Source: Ramazzottius varieornatus
Lineage: Eukaryota; Animalia; Tardigrada
Length of the DNA: 64,000 nucleotides
Direction: 5' to 3'
NCBI GenBank assembly: GCA_001949185.1
Contig: BDGG01000006.1
Span: forward strand, 602,827 to 666,826
The notes below the pieces were generated by a model. It worked only from the letters and a program-made list of their open reading frames with translations, did not search any database and was not told the DNA's origin. Both the position numbers and the translations under genes were made by a program. Numbering within the stretch: position 1 is the stretch's first letter; each line of letters opens with the position of its first letter. Of the stretch, positions 12,617-25,845 are shown piece by piece.

Positions 12617-14743
12617 TCAGAATGATATACACACAGTTCAAACCAGGGCCTTTTCACGAATGTCTTCTTGCACCGCCAGCCACACTACCGTAGTTGCAGC
12701 AAGCTGGTTTTGTGCAGAGGCTACCAGTAACAGAAAAGAAATCTACGAAAAAGGCCTTTGGGATTTCGCAAAACAAAAAGTTGTGCAGAACGGGGTGGTT
12801 TTTTGCTATAGCTGCAAGACAGCGCACTATACCGACTGCACAGTCTCGCTCTGAGAGGGTTGCACATCTGACGTCAAGCACGTGATTCCCATAGTGCGCG
12901 CACGCTTTCTCCCAGCGCGCAGTGTGCGCTCCGCCTCCCATTTCAGAAAAGACTGTGAGAGACTGTGGGCAAGCGCGCGCCGGATAGTACTCTCGTCTCC
13001 CCATGGGAGACGATTTTCTCTGGGCGACAAGGTATGAAGGGCGTCTGGGAGACGAGATTTTTGGTCTTTGGGAGACGAAAAAAGATGACACCCTAGTTGG
13101 GAGACTAGATTTTGGGGATACTTCCGTGGCCACATACTTCGAGAGACGAGATTTAAGGTGCCCGGCTCGCGCTTGACTGTGGGACTGCCTTTTCGTATAC
13201 GTGTGCCACTTTAGCGAAATAGGGAGGTTTTCATTCTCTTCGGCCATATTTTGCGCGAATATAATCAAGACACCTTTGGTGGGTGCGCCAAAGTGTCCAC
13301 GCTCAATGTGTAAATTCTGGACTAGGAAACCGGAAATAGGAAACCGCTTCTGCCTGGAATAGGAAACCGTTTCTACCGACAAAGCTGAGTTTTTACAGCA
13401 CTTTTCCCCTCTGTGAATTTTCTGAACAAGACTTATTCTATCAGAACGGAAACTGGAAATGGATGGCAACCATACCGTAGTACGTTTTGACGTAGAGTAC
13501 GCACTTTTGAAAACGCTGGTTTCAACAACCAGTTCTTTCAACGAGGAAGTCATAATGTTCAAAAATTCCCGCAGACAAAGATGGGCTCCAGAATTTAATT
13601 ACGAGGTTGAAGGGGAGTTTCCTGACGCTCAAACGAAAGAATACACCGTCCAAAATGTTCAGCAGAAAGAATAGGAATCATACGATTGCTTCTGAGCAGA
13701 GACAGAGATTTTTGAAATAGGCGTTCGTAAAACGGCAGATTCATATTGAAAGACCTGATAGAAAATTATAGAGATTAAGTTGCCACTCCCGTTCACTTTG
13801 CAACTGTAGCTACGGCCTTGCTCCGCCCCTTTCGTGACGAGTAACTACATTTTGCTTTCCGGAGCTCCCCTTATTTTCGAGAAATAGCGTAATCGGAGTT
13901 ACGGTTGACTAGCATTGGGAAGCATGGTGGATGCCCAACTATTCAACGTTCTGATCAGCTGCTGCGCTTATGAGTGACGTTGCAACTCATCTTAGCTACA
14001 GTGGGACTTTCATCTGGCGATGGCAACTTAATGTCTGTATTGACTGTCGTCCCTCCGGTCGAGCCATCCTAATTTATATATACTGTCATCTTTTGGTTAT
14101 TTGTCCGGACAAGTGCTCGGAGATGGCTGAACAGAAACAATTGGGAATTTACAGCCGTATGCTACTGATCTCAACAGGATGGGTGACGAACCGCTTTTTT
14201 CACTTTTTCTTTATTCCAAATTTTCTGTGAATTCTTACTCGATTTTTAATATTTTCTGGCTGTTATACACAGTCACCAAGCGATTGTTTTGGATCATATC
14301 AGTTTCCGTCTCAAGTATCCAATCATTGGATACTTCGTGTATACTGACAAATCTTTTGTGGTAAATGTGATGGGAAAATGTAAAATAACTGGAATGAGGG
14401 AAAACAAGCCGAAAGCTTGCAAAGTGGTTTCAGTGATACGCACTTTTTCGGTGGGATTCGTTTGCGCATATCCATATTTTGGAAGTGCACAAAACTGTGA
14501 ATTTTGAAGTAATGTTTCTTGGAACAAAAGCATTCCTTATCTCGGAGACTACAGTAGTCTCAGTCCTTTCAGTCTATCTGGAGTTATATTTCGTCTAAAT
14601 CAGTTTCAGTCTTTCGAATATCAGTGTTAGTCCCGCTATGCCAGTTTCATTCCGATAGACCTACAGTTCCAGTCAATGAAATTTCATACAAATGATATTT
14701 CATAGAAATTTCATAAAAAATTTCAATGACATATGGGTATACG

Positions 14744-15193
14744 CAGACCGATTTACGGGATAACATTTTTAGCTCCGCACCACCCTTTCTGATATGAAAT
14801 TGTGAGCAATATCAAGAGAAATCGAGCGCTAGCTCCGTGGCCCTTCGACACGGATAGAAGTTTCGTAAAACTGTTCGCCCTTTCGAGAAGATTTTGCCGA
14901 AAAATCCTGGCGTGATTGGTAGCTGCAGAACCCCCACGCGGGGGTTTATTGTCAGAACGGATGGAGACGCACATTCGGGCCGTGTAACGTCGTTCTGACG
15001 TGAAAACGTTTGTCACTTCAGACTTTTCTGTCGAAGGCATCTAACCAAGCTAGGTGGGCTTCAGCTTCGTGTTCCTCGATGTCTGCTACAATAGACTGCA
15101 TCGGTACTCTAACTTTGCCCTTGTGGTCCAGAAACTTTAAAGTCAATTCCTGAACTTTTTGACTAGCGATAGTTATCCCGTAAATTGGGCTGC
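14744..15193. mobile_element. Putative MITE
   Basis: Inverted termini GCAGACCGATTTACGGGATAAC / GTTATCCCGTAAATTGGGCTGC. TSD not clear. Confidence 0.5.
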
Positions 15194-16549
15194 CCAGTGC
15201 CGATAACCCATTTCATGGAAATGTCAGCTTGAGATGTCGTCCAACACTGTCACAGAAAAACTTTGTTCAGTTTGAGCTAGCTATGCTCCACATTACTGGC
15301 GAACTTCCTGATCGGGGTATCGATAGCTATGTGCCGGATTAGGAGTTTCCTAATTATTGTAATGAAAGGACTGTCTATGGAGAATCAGAAGTGAAACAGG
15401 GCTTCGATAGGGGTGCCTATAGCCAAACGGGGTTTTGCCCGTAGCCATTTCCTCATGAAAATATTGATAGAATAGACAGGCTGATATGAAATCGGAGCGA
15501 CGCAAGAAATCCAATTAGCGCAGAGGCCTAAACGGCTATATCCACCCACTTCTTGCTCTATTCATGTGAGGTTGAGACTCGTTACGCGAAGCAGGCTATT
15601 TTCGTAACTTCTCCGGAGGGTTTTGCAGAACCTCCATTCTTTCTCTTTGACCAGTTTGGAAGGAGATATCAAATCAGACTAAATCTTCATTTTGACTGAG
15701 CAATAGAAACAGATGGTTCTAGTTTCCACTGCTCGAAGCTGAGACCTATCAGAAACCGCTTATAGTTCGGTGAGAATAGTCACAGTCAAAGGTGAAGTGG
15801 AGATAACAAAGTGGTGAAAGCTACAGTTGGAGACGCAGAGCTTATTCTGATAAAGTCACAGTTGAGCTGGAGTTTTATGGTAAATCAATGAAGACACCAC
15901 CATCACAGTGACCAGAAATCTTACGACAAAGACTTCCCTCAAGACTACTACCGGCTGAGATTCAGGACAAAACTCATGTAAACCCAAAAACACGTCTGCA
16001 AATGTCTACACCGGAGAAGTTCACCGAACAAGTCCTCCTAATCACCGGTCTTCACATCCGAGAGTTCGGGCAACTGGGAGCCATCCCAATAAAATTCTCT
16101 GGACATCCCCACTGACCTCGATGCAAAAGCCCTTAACCAGTAGACTAAGGAGCAATAAAGTTCATAAACTTTCTCTTCCATAACTCATCGTTTTTGCTCC
16201 ACATTCCACTTCCGCACTTCTCCACATTCCACTTCCAACAGTCCCCTGCATTCCTCGAGAGCGAAAATTCTGAATCCGAGGACAAATAGCGAAAAGATGT
16301 CAGCCCGATGAACTCGGGGTGACACCTCTTTCGCACGTTGAAAAGTGCGACGTGCCACCCGGTATCTTGCAAATCTATTTTTCAAAGTTTACTGTCTTTA
16401 GTTTGTAGCCGAAGCTAAGTGGTACAGCACAGAGACCAGTTTTTGAGAAAGAAGTAACTACTTTTGAGGTAAGAAAATTGCAAAGGAACCCTGGTTAGAA
16501 GTCAGCGCTGGTCCTTAACTCATTTTTCCTCTTTTTTTCTCCCATTGAA

Positions 16550-17236
16550 TCGCTTTGATTGTGGTTCCACAAAATTACAGAGAGTTTGTTGCTGCTGCTG
16601 AGGATTAGACGAAATAAATAAGTTTCTCGCGTTATCAAGAAACGTTGTTGAATGTGCGCCCCCAAAAAAACACAAAGTCACATCGACCGACCTGATAGAT
16701 CGAGAGTTTCTCCCGTGATTTTCTTGATTTAAGGCAAGCTGCGAGCGAGCCGAAGACGGAGCGAACAGCTTGTACCTTGATCACGAGCAGAATCGTGGAC
16801 GAGTGAAAACTTCCCGTCTCCAAAACACCATAAAAACATTAAAAATATCCATTGCTTGTTATCAATGTACGTATCTGCAGAGTCTGGAGCTATGTAGCAT
16901 GTCCAGAAAGCCGAATATCTCCTCCGAAACGTACAGCAAAACACGTCGATACAGTTCATCCCCCTTATTCTCCACACCTATCTCCCTGCGATTTCTGGCT
17001 GTTTCCAAAACTGATAAAAGGGAATATCACTTTCGACCGAAGAGGAACTCGATAGGGCAATGGATGACGCCGTCTTCTCTTTCGATAAAAATTTTTGTCA
17101 CGAAATGTTTGACAGCTGGGTTTCTCGATGTAAACGTTGCACAGAGGTTTGTGCTGCTTACTTTGAAAGTTGTGAAGTTTCGGCGAATCAGTAATTTGTA
17201 ATAAAATTAGCTTTAAGACTTGTTGAACCCCCTACG
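16550..17236 (+). mobile_element. Degenerate mariner transposase relic with right TIR
   Basis: HPPYSPHLSPCDFWLFPKL (YSPDLAPxD motif) and decayed E*KLPVSKTP*K. Terminus TTGAACCCCCTACG|TA. Confidence 0.8.
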
Positions 17237-17757
17237 TAATCGACAGTAATTTAACTTTTCCGCCCGGCGGTGTCGCCCTTTATTCCCAGGGCGGATTCAA
17301 CTTTCCAGTGATTTGATTGATAGTAGCTCGTGGTGAAATAAGACTGCTGTGTTGGCTGACTTCCGTTTCTTCCTTGCGTCTTTCAGAGTCTTTCCCATCC
17401 TTCTGAAGCTGTGGTTAACTTCCCCTCGTGCGGGCCACAGTTTGAGTGTTTCTGGCGAGCAGCTGCTGCGGACGGTGATGTCTTGGAAGGACTGGAGGAC
17501 GTTACTGGCAGCGAACAGATGATCGGAATATTTGGATTCGTTCACGTGTCATCGTTCAAATCGTACACAAACACGTCGCGCGTAAGTGTGAAGTCTAAGT
17601 TGGCATTCTGCCTACTCTCGCGCTGATAGTTCTCTTTTCCATGTTTTCTTGCTCCCAGTTACAGTACATCCACGTTTGCAGGGATAAGGACGCGTGAAGG
17701 CATCGCGGATGGTGGGCTCGTTGACGCACAATCGCTTCGCTGTGGAAATATGCCGAG

Positions 17758-19132
17758 ATGCCCCAACAATGGCTAGTCTTAATCGTCCTCATGTTCTGCG
17801 TACCGACGCAGTACCTCATTTCTAAGTACTACACAACGAAAGGAACGAACTTTCACTTGCAAAAGTAAGTGCTGTTGGGCGTACTGACTATCGAGTAAAT
17901 CAATACGTAGATGATCAAATTGAGTTCCAAGTGGCGCACCCGAAGGGCTGTCCATGACGGTCGGTTGCGCAACTTGATCGGAAGTATGGATATGAAACTG
18001 ATTTTGTTCTTCAGGACTTTTTCAAATTTGGAGGATACCCTGCAGCTTCGGGAATGGGTATCGTGGCCTGCGCGATGGGTAGACTGTGCAAAGCGAATAA
18101 TCTTCGACTATCACAGCTACGCGGAAGAACAGAAAGCCATGGAGGATCAGATGTCAGCTGCTCAAGCATCCCTCGAAGGTGACGACGACGATCTCGATGA
18201 CGCTTCTACCTCTCCTGTCAAATCTACGGCGGCTGTTAGAAAAGATCTGGATAGGCGCAAAGGCTTTCTCGAAGAATCAGAATATTTCGGCGGTATGTTC
18301 ATCTTCGAAATGTTGGGAAGCTCGGCAAACAAACTCGAAAAGACTGTTTTTATGAGTGGCGCACGGTTTCGTTGTCATAGGCTGGAAGCGTGCGCCGCTC
18401 GGAAAGCTCGGCAAGATTGTTCTCCCAAGTGGCGCAAGCTTACAGCCATTAACACTGAAAATGTGCACCACCCGAGAATACAATCTTGTCGAGTTTTTCG
18501 CCGAGATCTCATTGGTTTTCTCGAGTTTTGCAGTCAACCGGAAGTGAATTTTGCAGTGCTCGATTTCAATCATTTTCATTTTTGTTTCGTTTCAGCTTCC
18601 AGAGAACTGCGTGCGCCTCGTAATCCAGAAGTAGTTTTCCATGTGGGCCAAGTCGTCAAGCATACTTCCTGGAAATACAGGGGTGTGATAGTCAGCTGGG
18701 ATGTCCGTCCGAAAGTACCTCAGAGAGCTTTGTCACAAATTCTTCCTACCGATAAACCAGTAAGAGATTTCTTTCCCCTTCGTATCGTTTTCCGAAGTTA
18801 AAGTTCCGTGTCGTGTACGTGATCTGCACCTCCTTTTTCAGGAGCTGAAAAACCAGCCGTTTTATACGGTGCTAATCGACACACGGGACCGTGTCCTTCC
18901 GCAGCTGGACTACGTTCCTCGTGAAAGCATCGAACCCCTTTATAACACTGTGGTAAGCTTCCTTCTTTACCGCTTCTGTTCGGTAAAGCGGTATAGTGGT
19001 GCTATGGCTATGTTGTTTGAATTGCAGATAGTTCACCCCGTGATTACCGAGTACTTTGAGTATTACCAGCCCGATGCAAACGGGCGGTATCGAATGCGTC
19101 CTTGGCTGAAAGAAATCTATCCAGAAGACTGA
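17758..19132 (+). CDS. YccV-like (hemimethylated DNA-binding/HspQ) domain protein with hydrophobic N-terminus, 5 exons
   Basis: Exon 1 MPQQWLVLIVLMFCVPTQYLISK splices in frame to TFSNLEDTL. C-terminus FHVGQVVKHTSWKYRGVIVSWD..QPFYTVLIDTRD..YVPRESIE..IVHPVITEYFE..YRMRPWLKEIYPED*. Confidence 0.88.
18350..18480. repeat. Dimer of GTGGCGCA-N27-TGCGCCAC palindromic units (YccV gene intron)
   Basis: Arms start at 18356 and 18429; both spacers 27 nt. Confidence 0.85.
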
Positions 19133-20446
19133 TCGAAATATTTATTTATTTTTGATTTTATACTTTCTTTCACTTTTCCTCACCGCTTTTCCTTGGGAGA
19201 AATATGTATCGAATTCAGTCAGCGGGTAAAGAACTTGAGTATCTTCAGACAAATGGGGAACTCGACAAGAGAGCTCGTTAAGATCGTTTCTAGAGTGGCG
19301 CACTCTCTCAGCCAATAATACCGACAAAATGCGCCATTCGGGAAACCAAATCCGACACGATTGTTTGTCCAGGTATCAGTCAGTACTTGTTGGTTATGTG
19401 GCAAAATGAAATGAAGAGTGCTCTAAGACACTGCGTCAGGAGGTCGAAGTTACTCTTCTTTGAACTGCGCGCGTAAGAGTTTCTTCTGGTTGGAGTCGCT
19501 AGGTATAAGGACTTTGGCCTGGACGAAGGCGCCGTTTGTTCGGCCAACATCAGTCTGAGAACAAGGAAAGTAATTTGCTGGCTACGCTGGAAAGTAATTT
19601 GCTGGCTACGCCGAAATCCCGTTGAGAAAGAAAAAAATTCCACTCAGGTTTGTAGAGCCAGTGTCCAGTAGCCGCTAGTTCCAGTTTCAAGAAGAGTTAA
19701 TTGTCCGGGCAAACGGGAAAAAACGGGGAGCAAAAGGTAAACTGGAAACTCGTTACGCACAAATGAGTGTGCGCCGGGAAAGGGAGTTTCCCGCCCCGTG
19801 CTCAAGGTGTTAAGATCGAACTAGTTGAAAACAGAACTTACGGAATCAGCGACACGTTGCGCTTCGGCGTCTCCACGCTTTACGTGAGAAGGTGCGCAGG
19901 GACGAGCCTGACCTGTCGTGCAACTGATTGCATGGTAAGTTTTCCAACGAAGGCCGGAAGTACGAAAGAAACTGTGTGGATGCGGGGAAGCGGTCTAGGT
20001 TTGCTGGGCAAAGGGGGAAACGGAAAACTCAAAGACTGTAAGATGAAAGATTCAGGTCGGCAAAGGACAAGAAAGGTGCTTTGTTATATTTTCCATTTCT
20101 GTGCTTCGGGACTGCTGATGGGCTGTAAGACATTCGTCCCTCCCAGCTGTTCGTGGCGACTTCAACTTGCTGACTGATTACCCTGAACCGTTTTCGCAAC
20201 GAACCGGCTGATTATACGCCTGAGAAACCTGCTTTTTTATACAGTAATTCATTGCGGATCTTATCAGTCTTTCCCTTATTTACTGCATATGTGTATGGTT
20301 GGGAAACGCATACGACCTTCGCTCTTTAGTAAACTCAGAGGCAGAACTACAGTCCAAAACACATAAGATCCCGCTTTTGTCTTATCTTCCTCCAGTTTTT
20401 GGCGGGGGAGCCGGCCCCCGATTGATACAAGCGGGGTGATTTTGGC

Positions 20447-20662
20447 TAGAATCACATGCGTAACAGGTTTGATTACGAAACAGTGTTTTGGTCTAAAAAC
20501 ACCTAGAAAGTATAATTTTACAAGGAAAAACCCAGGAAATTGGTAAGAAAGTATGATTTTAGTCTGCTTCCACCTAGTTTCCACCTAGTTTCCACCTGGT
20601 ATCCGGCCACATTCCGACCGAAACACTGTTTCATAATCAGACCTGTTATGCTCACGACTCTA
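20447..20662. mobile_element. hAT-like MITE
   Basis: ~47-bp imperfect TIRs starting TAG and ending CTA (..TAACAGGTTTGATTACGAAACAGTGTT / AACACTGTTTCATAATCAGACCTGTTA..). TSD degenerate. Confidence 0.65.
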
Positions 20663-20960
20663 GTATTCTGCGAACTTTCTTGCCCTCTCTCAATAGGGCG
20701 GCATGTCAGGACATTGCCAGCCAACTGGCAGATCCAGATGTACAGTAGTAGCTCTCCGACCAGAACACGTTTGTTTTCGCCTTGCAAAATTCACGTAGGA
20801 GAAAAGAAAGAGGATCATCGATGTTATGGACTGGTGTCGCAGAAATCTAGTACCGTCACCCAACACAGGCAGCAAGAGTGCTGAAACGTCACGTTTTGAA
20901 TGGCCAATCAAGAATGCAGCCTAAAAGATTGGCCTATACACTAGAGGTTATATCGTTTCA

Positions 20961-21015
20961 CTAAAAGATAAAGACCAACCTGGCTTACACCGATTTGAAC
21001 TCAGATCATGAGAAG
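20961..21015 (-). other. NUMT: fragment of mitochondrial 16S rRNA (rrnL) 3' domain
   Basis: AGATAAAGACCAACCTGGCTTACACCGATTTGAACTCAGATCATG resembles the conserved invertebrate rrnL region around the 16Sbr primer site (CCGGTTTGAACTCAGATCA). Confidence 0.85.
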
Positions 21016-21781
21016 TTTTTCTGATAGTAGGTACGTGACAGAATTAAACAAAGCTTGCAGGAAGAGTGGCAGACCGTCACAACTTGTCAGTGTTTTTTTG
21101 TTGACCTCCACCTTAAGAAGCGATATTTCGGCTGATGTTGCCGGCAGATTAACTGCAGCATGGACGTACTTGTCCTTTCCGATATGAATCTTGAACGAGA
21201 CAACGTAAAGAGAATGGATGAGACTACTTCAATGATTCTCAAACGGAACACTACCTTCAGATTGTAGTTTATTCCTCCAACGACTTGCGTTGTGTATCGA
21301 ACGACCACGAACTCGGACACTGTTCTCAGACCAGCTTTTTGCACAATCTGAATCTCCATCAGCAAAAGACAAAAGCGATAACACAACGCTTGTAAAATAA
21401 GCATGTATTCGGTGTTCGTAATGGGGGTCTTTTCTCCATGGCAGAAACAGTTGAAACAATTGGTGGTCCATTTTGAATAACCAAGCTATCCACAGGATGT
21501 ATAGAAAACCCGACAGCTTACAGCATCAGCAAAGCCTTGTGCTTGCGCATCGCCCGGCTTCTCTTGCGACGCACCTCCGCAAATGCCACCGCTAACGGGA
21601 GCCGGGTTCCGGGGCTTGGCCGACATGGCTAAAGTTCCTGCAAGTAAGAGGACAAAAGCTGCTGTACACGCAGAAGTTTCCAGCGACGGAGGGCTTCTGC
21701 AGGAGTGTGCACGTCGTTTAAGCTAGACAACCACAGACGACACCGGTTTTGCGTTCTAGCTAAATTACACCAACGAGACAT
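21001..21781 (-). CDS. Secreted stefin-type cystatin 1 (possibly decaying; C-terminal frameshift)
   Basis: Micro-exon MSRW + SAFVLLLAGTLAMSAK..ICGGASQEKPGDAQAQGFADA | QIVQKAG..TQVVGGINYNLK | IHIGKDKYVHAAV. One base is missing relative to paralog ends, and the expected acceptor reads CTG. Confidence 0.7.
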
Positions 21782-22124
21782 GAGTTTTTTTCCAGCAAGA
21801 CATGGAGTTTTTCTGTCTGCTCTAAAGTAGAATGGCGACTTTTTCAACCAGTTCTACTTCATAAAACCACTGCATACCTATGACTATGTGCGGAAAAGTG
21901 ATGCTAAAATATCGAGCAGAAAAAAATGACATTGTTATGTTGTGCCCTCCAGAAATAAACGGTCACAGGTAGGAAAAGTGGAATACGTTGTCATTGGCGT
22001 AAAGTTTGATTTCGCCATGAGAATGCACAGGTGAATCTCACTGGTCTACCAACTACCTGAATCGATTCCGGAATTACGCTGAAAAACTCGCTTTTTCCTC
22101 TCACAACTGATCCTACGCCAAATC

Positions 22125-22853
22125 ATGGGCTTTCTAAGGTAAGAAGCGGTCGACACTGCTCAAGCCGTCCAAATCTTACCGAAATTTTACAGAATGATAG
22201 TACACCTGGGACTTATCCTGACGGTTGTTACATTAGCCATGACCGCACCAGTTACGGTTCAACAGCAAGAAGTTGAACCTGTGTTGGATGGTGGATTTAC
22301 TCCGGAGAAAACTGCCAATGCTGCCAACCAGGCCTTAGCTGATTTGGTAGGTTGCTCTGGACCAATCGTTTGCTTTGTTATCCTGCATAACCCGCAAAAC
22401 CTCATAAGATGAAGTTGCATTGATTTGAGTTGCAGGCCTCGGTGAGCAATCATACGTGCGGGTCCGCCTACAGCAGAAGATCACAAATGCCCGGTACGCG
22501 ACATCCGCAATAAAACATGCAATGTTTTTCAGGTGAAAAGTCAAGTGGAGAAGAAGCTTGGACTCAAAACTCGAAGTCGCATCAGCCAGTATAAGGTTCT
22601 CAGCGTGAAGTCTCAAATCGTATCTGGGACGAATTACTGGATGAAGGTAGTTTAATCAACGAACATCCCATATTGAATGTTGCTCGATTTTCAGCTTAAT
22701 CATGGGTATACTGAGCCTTCTTCTTGTCGTTAGATCCAGATCGGTCCGAATGAGTACATCCATGTCAGAGTCTTCGAGCCCTTCAAACAGTTTCGGCGAG
22801 AACCCAAAGTCGCTACCGTGAAAGAGAACATGAAACATAGCGATCTGCTGTGA
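22125..22853 (+). CDS. Secreted stefin-type cystatin 2
   Basis: Exons 22125-22138, 22193-22346, 22533-22646, 22734-22853: MGFLRMIVHLGLILTVVTLA..LDGGFT..|VKSQVEKK..SQIVSGTNYWMK|IQIGPNEYIHVRVFEPF..HSDLL*. Confidence 0.92.
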
Positions 22854-24190
22854 TCAAGTGCGTTAGTTGCAAGTATAGAACCTGTTTTGACCAGAGCGAG
22901 TGTGAACTTACGGAGTACATAGCGATGATGGCTCGACATAGCCTTTCGAGTCTGCGAGCGGATATCTAACGTGGCAGCAGAAAGTTGATGAAATTCACAG
23001 TTCCACTGGTCAGGTAGTTCAACGTAGAAGTTTTGTTTGGGCGTCTCGAATGTTCGCAACAAAAATTGACAGCTGCACGTGAGGTTGCCGACGTCCTTCA
23101 AAGAGCTCTATCGCCATGGACCGTCGAAAAGAATCAAGACCCAACCGCCTCTGCAACACAGGTTTTTGTTGTCTGCGCTTTTGAGCGTGTTATTCGGTGG
23201 TGCGACAACCTTCTGTTGATTTAAAGCTTCAGGTCAGCATGAAATCCTTCAACTTCGAAAACTCGTGGTTTCGCTCTCCCTCGTCAGACCGTCCTGGAAC
23301 GTCTTTTCGGTCACTTGGTATACTCTTCTCCATCTAACAATAGTCAAATGTTCCATGTTTTGTAGTTCGCTGGTGAAGGATAATTAAGTTTAGACCGCGG
23401 AGAAGAAAAATTCGGAGGGGTTTTGATATCTCAAAATTTTTGGTTCATCGTGCTTCACAGACAAAAGACAATACCCCTTTGCATGTAGGAGCGAATTGGC
23501 TATTAGAAAATACGCGAAGGATGGTTTTCTTTCGTGAGACGTTGCACTCGAAAGATATCCCTTCCAAAGGCAGAAATTGAAAGTGGACAACAACGTGCCG
23601 ACGGACCTGTCCAAACTCGATCCTTCCCACGTTACTGTAGAACTCTTACGCTTTTCTGGGGTATCTATCTGAACCATCACTGGGCATTTACAAGGAAAGG
23701 GGGAGACAAAAGTATTATGGAGGTAACCAGCCGAGTCGAGTTCTTGGTTCCTGCTCCAAAGTTTTCCACTCACAAATCTTATCTAACTACAGTAAGCTTG
23801 AAATCTGCGTTTAATCAGCTTGTTATCTGATTTTGGCAAGATTTTTGATGAAAAAAGGCCATGAACTGGCACGAAATGAGCTTTTAATCCAGGAAGAACC
23901 TGTTTTTGTTTTTCTTCGTTTGGCGAACCAGAGATCTGGCTGGGCTGGAAGTATCCCCTCACAGCAAACGTCACAGCAAAGTCTAGTTAGTGTGCGGCAA
24001 ATGTCAAAGTTTGCTTCCATTGGTCAAGCAAACGTAGAAAACAGCCAAAGATGCCGCTCTACAGCATGGCAAATTGTCACGTGACATGAAATAGCGTATA
24101 CGTTTAATATTCGAAATCCACCAACCACCTCCCTCAACCATGTGAAAATCGCTCGTGTGACGTATTCAAGAAGTGCGAATTATTACTGTA

Positions 24191-24789
24191 CGAGGAGAGA
24201 GGCCCAACTTTTCTAACGAGCTTACGCTGAACCAAATTCTGAACGAAGCGCTGCGAATCTCGACTACAACCAGTTGGCGGCTGAGCAGAAGTTAGCAAAG
24301 TTTTAGCCAGTTAGCATTCACAGTTCAGTTTAGGCCTTGATTCAGTGATCGGCAAGTCCACCGAGAGATTCAGATAAATCTGTCAAAGCAATGCTTTTTC
24401 GCTCGGAAACTAGCACAGTTATAGCCGTTCCGATTTTGGATGAAAACGGCTGTGTTGCGTCATCATTAATCCTGAGCACACTTTCGGAAATGTGTGATTC
24501 TGCTCGGTTCGACACATATGTGCTTTATCTGGCTTGGCTTGTTCTGCCCTCTGCAGAAAGAGTGCTTCCTAATATCGGATGCCATCTTCGGATGGCTTCC
24601 ACTCTGGAATTTCTCTCGTCACGATCTTCCAACGTTCCCAACTTCCGTCTGCAGCAGAATGAAGCAAGGTTGCGGGAGATACTTGTGAATTAATTTGGAA
24701 TTTCAGGACCTGATGGTTTTTGAGAAATTCGTTAGTTAGAAAAGTAGTAACCAGTTTGGCGAGTTAGAAAAGTTGGGTCTGGCTCCTCG
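24191..24789. mobile_element. mariner-like MITE
   Basis: TA|CGAGGAGAGAGGCCCAACTTTTCTAAC ... GTTAGAAAAGTTGGGTCTGGCTCCTCG|TA (24/27 match). Confidence 0.85.
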
Positions 24790-24862
24790 TACAGTGCATT
24801 TCGGGACACCGCACTGTACAGCGAAAACAGCGATTTCATGGAATAACAATCTCTTCCCTCAC

Positions 24863-25160
24863 CTTCATCACATTAGGGGGTTCCGGCGACAACCTAAGTC
24901 TTCCCGCTGACTACCTTATACTGACTGATCCGATCTCGAGCTCCAAGCTTTTGCACCACCTGGTTTCTCACCTAAAAAGTACTATCACAGCAGAAAGCAG
25001 TGCTAACCGGAAGTGCTGGAGCAGAGAATACCATGAACATGACCGTGACAGCAGCTTTGAATTTGCAATAATATATCGAATCGGCTAAGCCTTGGTCCGT
25101 CGGACCCAAGTCTTTCTCGTCAGAAAATGCACTCAAGCGCTTCGGTTTTGCTAGGGATTG
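24863..25160 (-). pseudogene. Cystatin pseudogene
   Basis: Exon 24971-24863 reads VRNQVVQKLGARDRISQYKVVSGKT*VVAGT..VMK, with a stop at the Q of QVVAG and a frameshift. Upstream AFSDEKDLGPTDQGLADS has lost its GT donor. Confidence 0.88.
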
Positions 25161-25539
25161 CTCCTGGCGGGGACCGTATGTATCTCGAGCAAAGACATGA
25201 GACCTAAAATACCATCAAAACTGCCCAAAATCGTAAGGATTTTCTCCAGCGTGCTGAAGCTATGCTGACCAATGGTCATCAGCTGCGTTTTGGTGATAAG
25301 ACCGCAGACCGGGCAAAGAAGAAAAGTTTGATTTAAACCGGGCAAAATGGAATTGTGGGCAGCGAAAAAGTGCCGTGTTGTACTCACAATGAGCACGGTG
25401 GTAATCGAGATGTTAAGAACTTGTTGCATTGCCCGTGGGAGATCATACTGATAACAGTAACAGAATCACAGCGGGCAGGTATCCAGCACCTTTTGCCCTC
25501 CAGAAACAATCCATCTGGAAAATTTCGGTGAGAATTGTC

Positions 25540-25845
25540 CGTTCGAGTACAGTTTGTTGTTGGTCTACACGCTAAGAAAACTAGGATCATCTTTCATTGG
25601 CCTGAACACTTTTACAGGCAGGAAACGGTGCGAGCCAATAGGGAACTGTAAGAAGCGCAATAGGGAACTGTTGCAGTGTGACGTCGTGAATCAACAACAC
25701 AATGATCAATACTCAGACCTGCAGCTAGACGGATCGTTGATTCCTGCTTGAAGACACAGGTGCGCCGGTAGTGGTTGCTTTCATCCTTCAGAGTGTTGTA
25801 ACTGTCTCGGCCAGCCTTACGAGCAGTCTGCTTGAAACAAGTAAC
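25540..25845 (-). pseudogene. Highly decayed cystatin fragments
   Basis: After an AG: FPIGSHRFLPVKVFRPMKDDPSFLSV*TNNK, resembling the last exon of the paralogs. QAGIND upstream resembles VAGINY. Confidence 0.55.

Noticed and set aside
12654-13562. 302-aa minus-strand ORF
   Set aside because: No recognisable domain and it runs through repeat sequence; likely spurious.
19566-19612. 23-bp tandem duplication (also short repeats at 16198-16236 and 20568-20597)
   Set aside because: Ordinary slippage duplications.
20961-21015. Functional rRNA gene
   Set aside because: Only ~50 bp in a nuclear context; treated as a NUMT.
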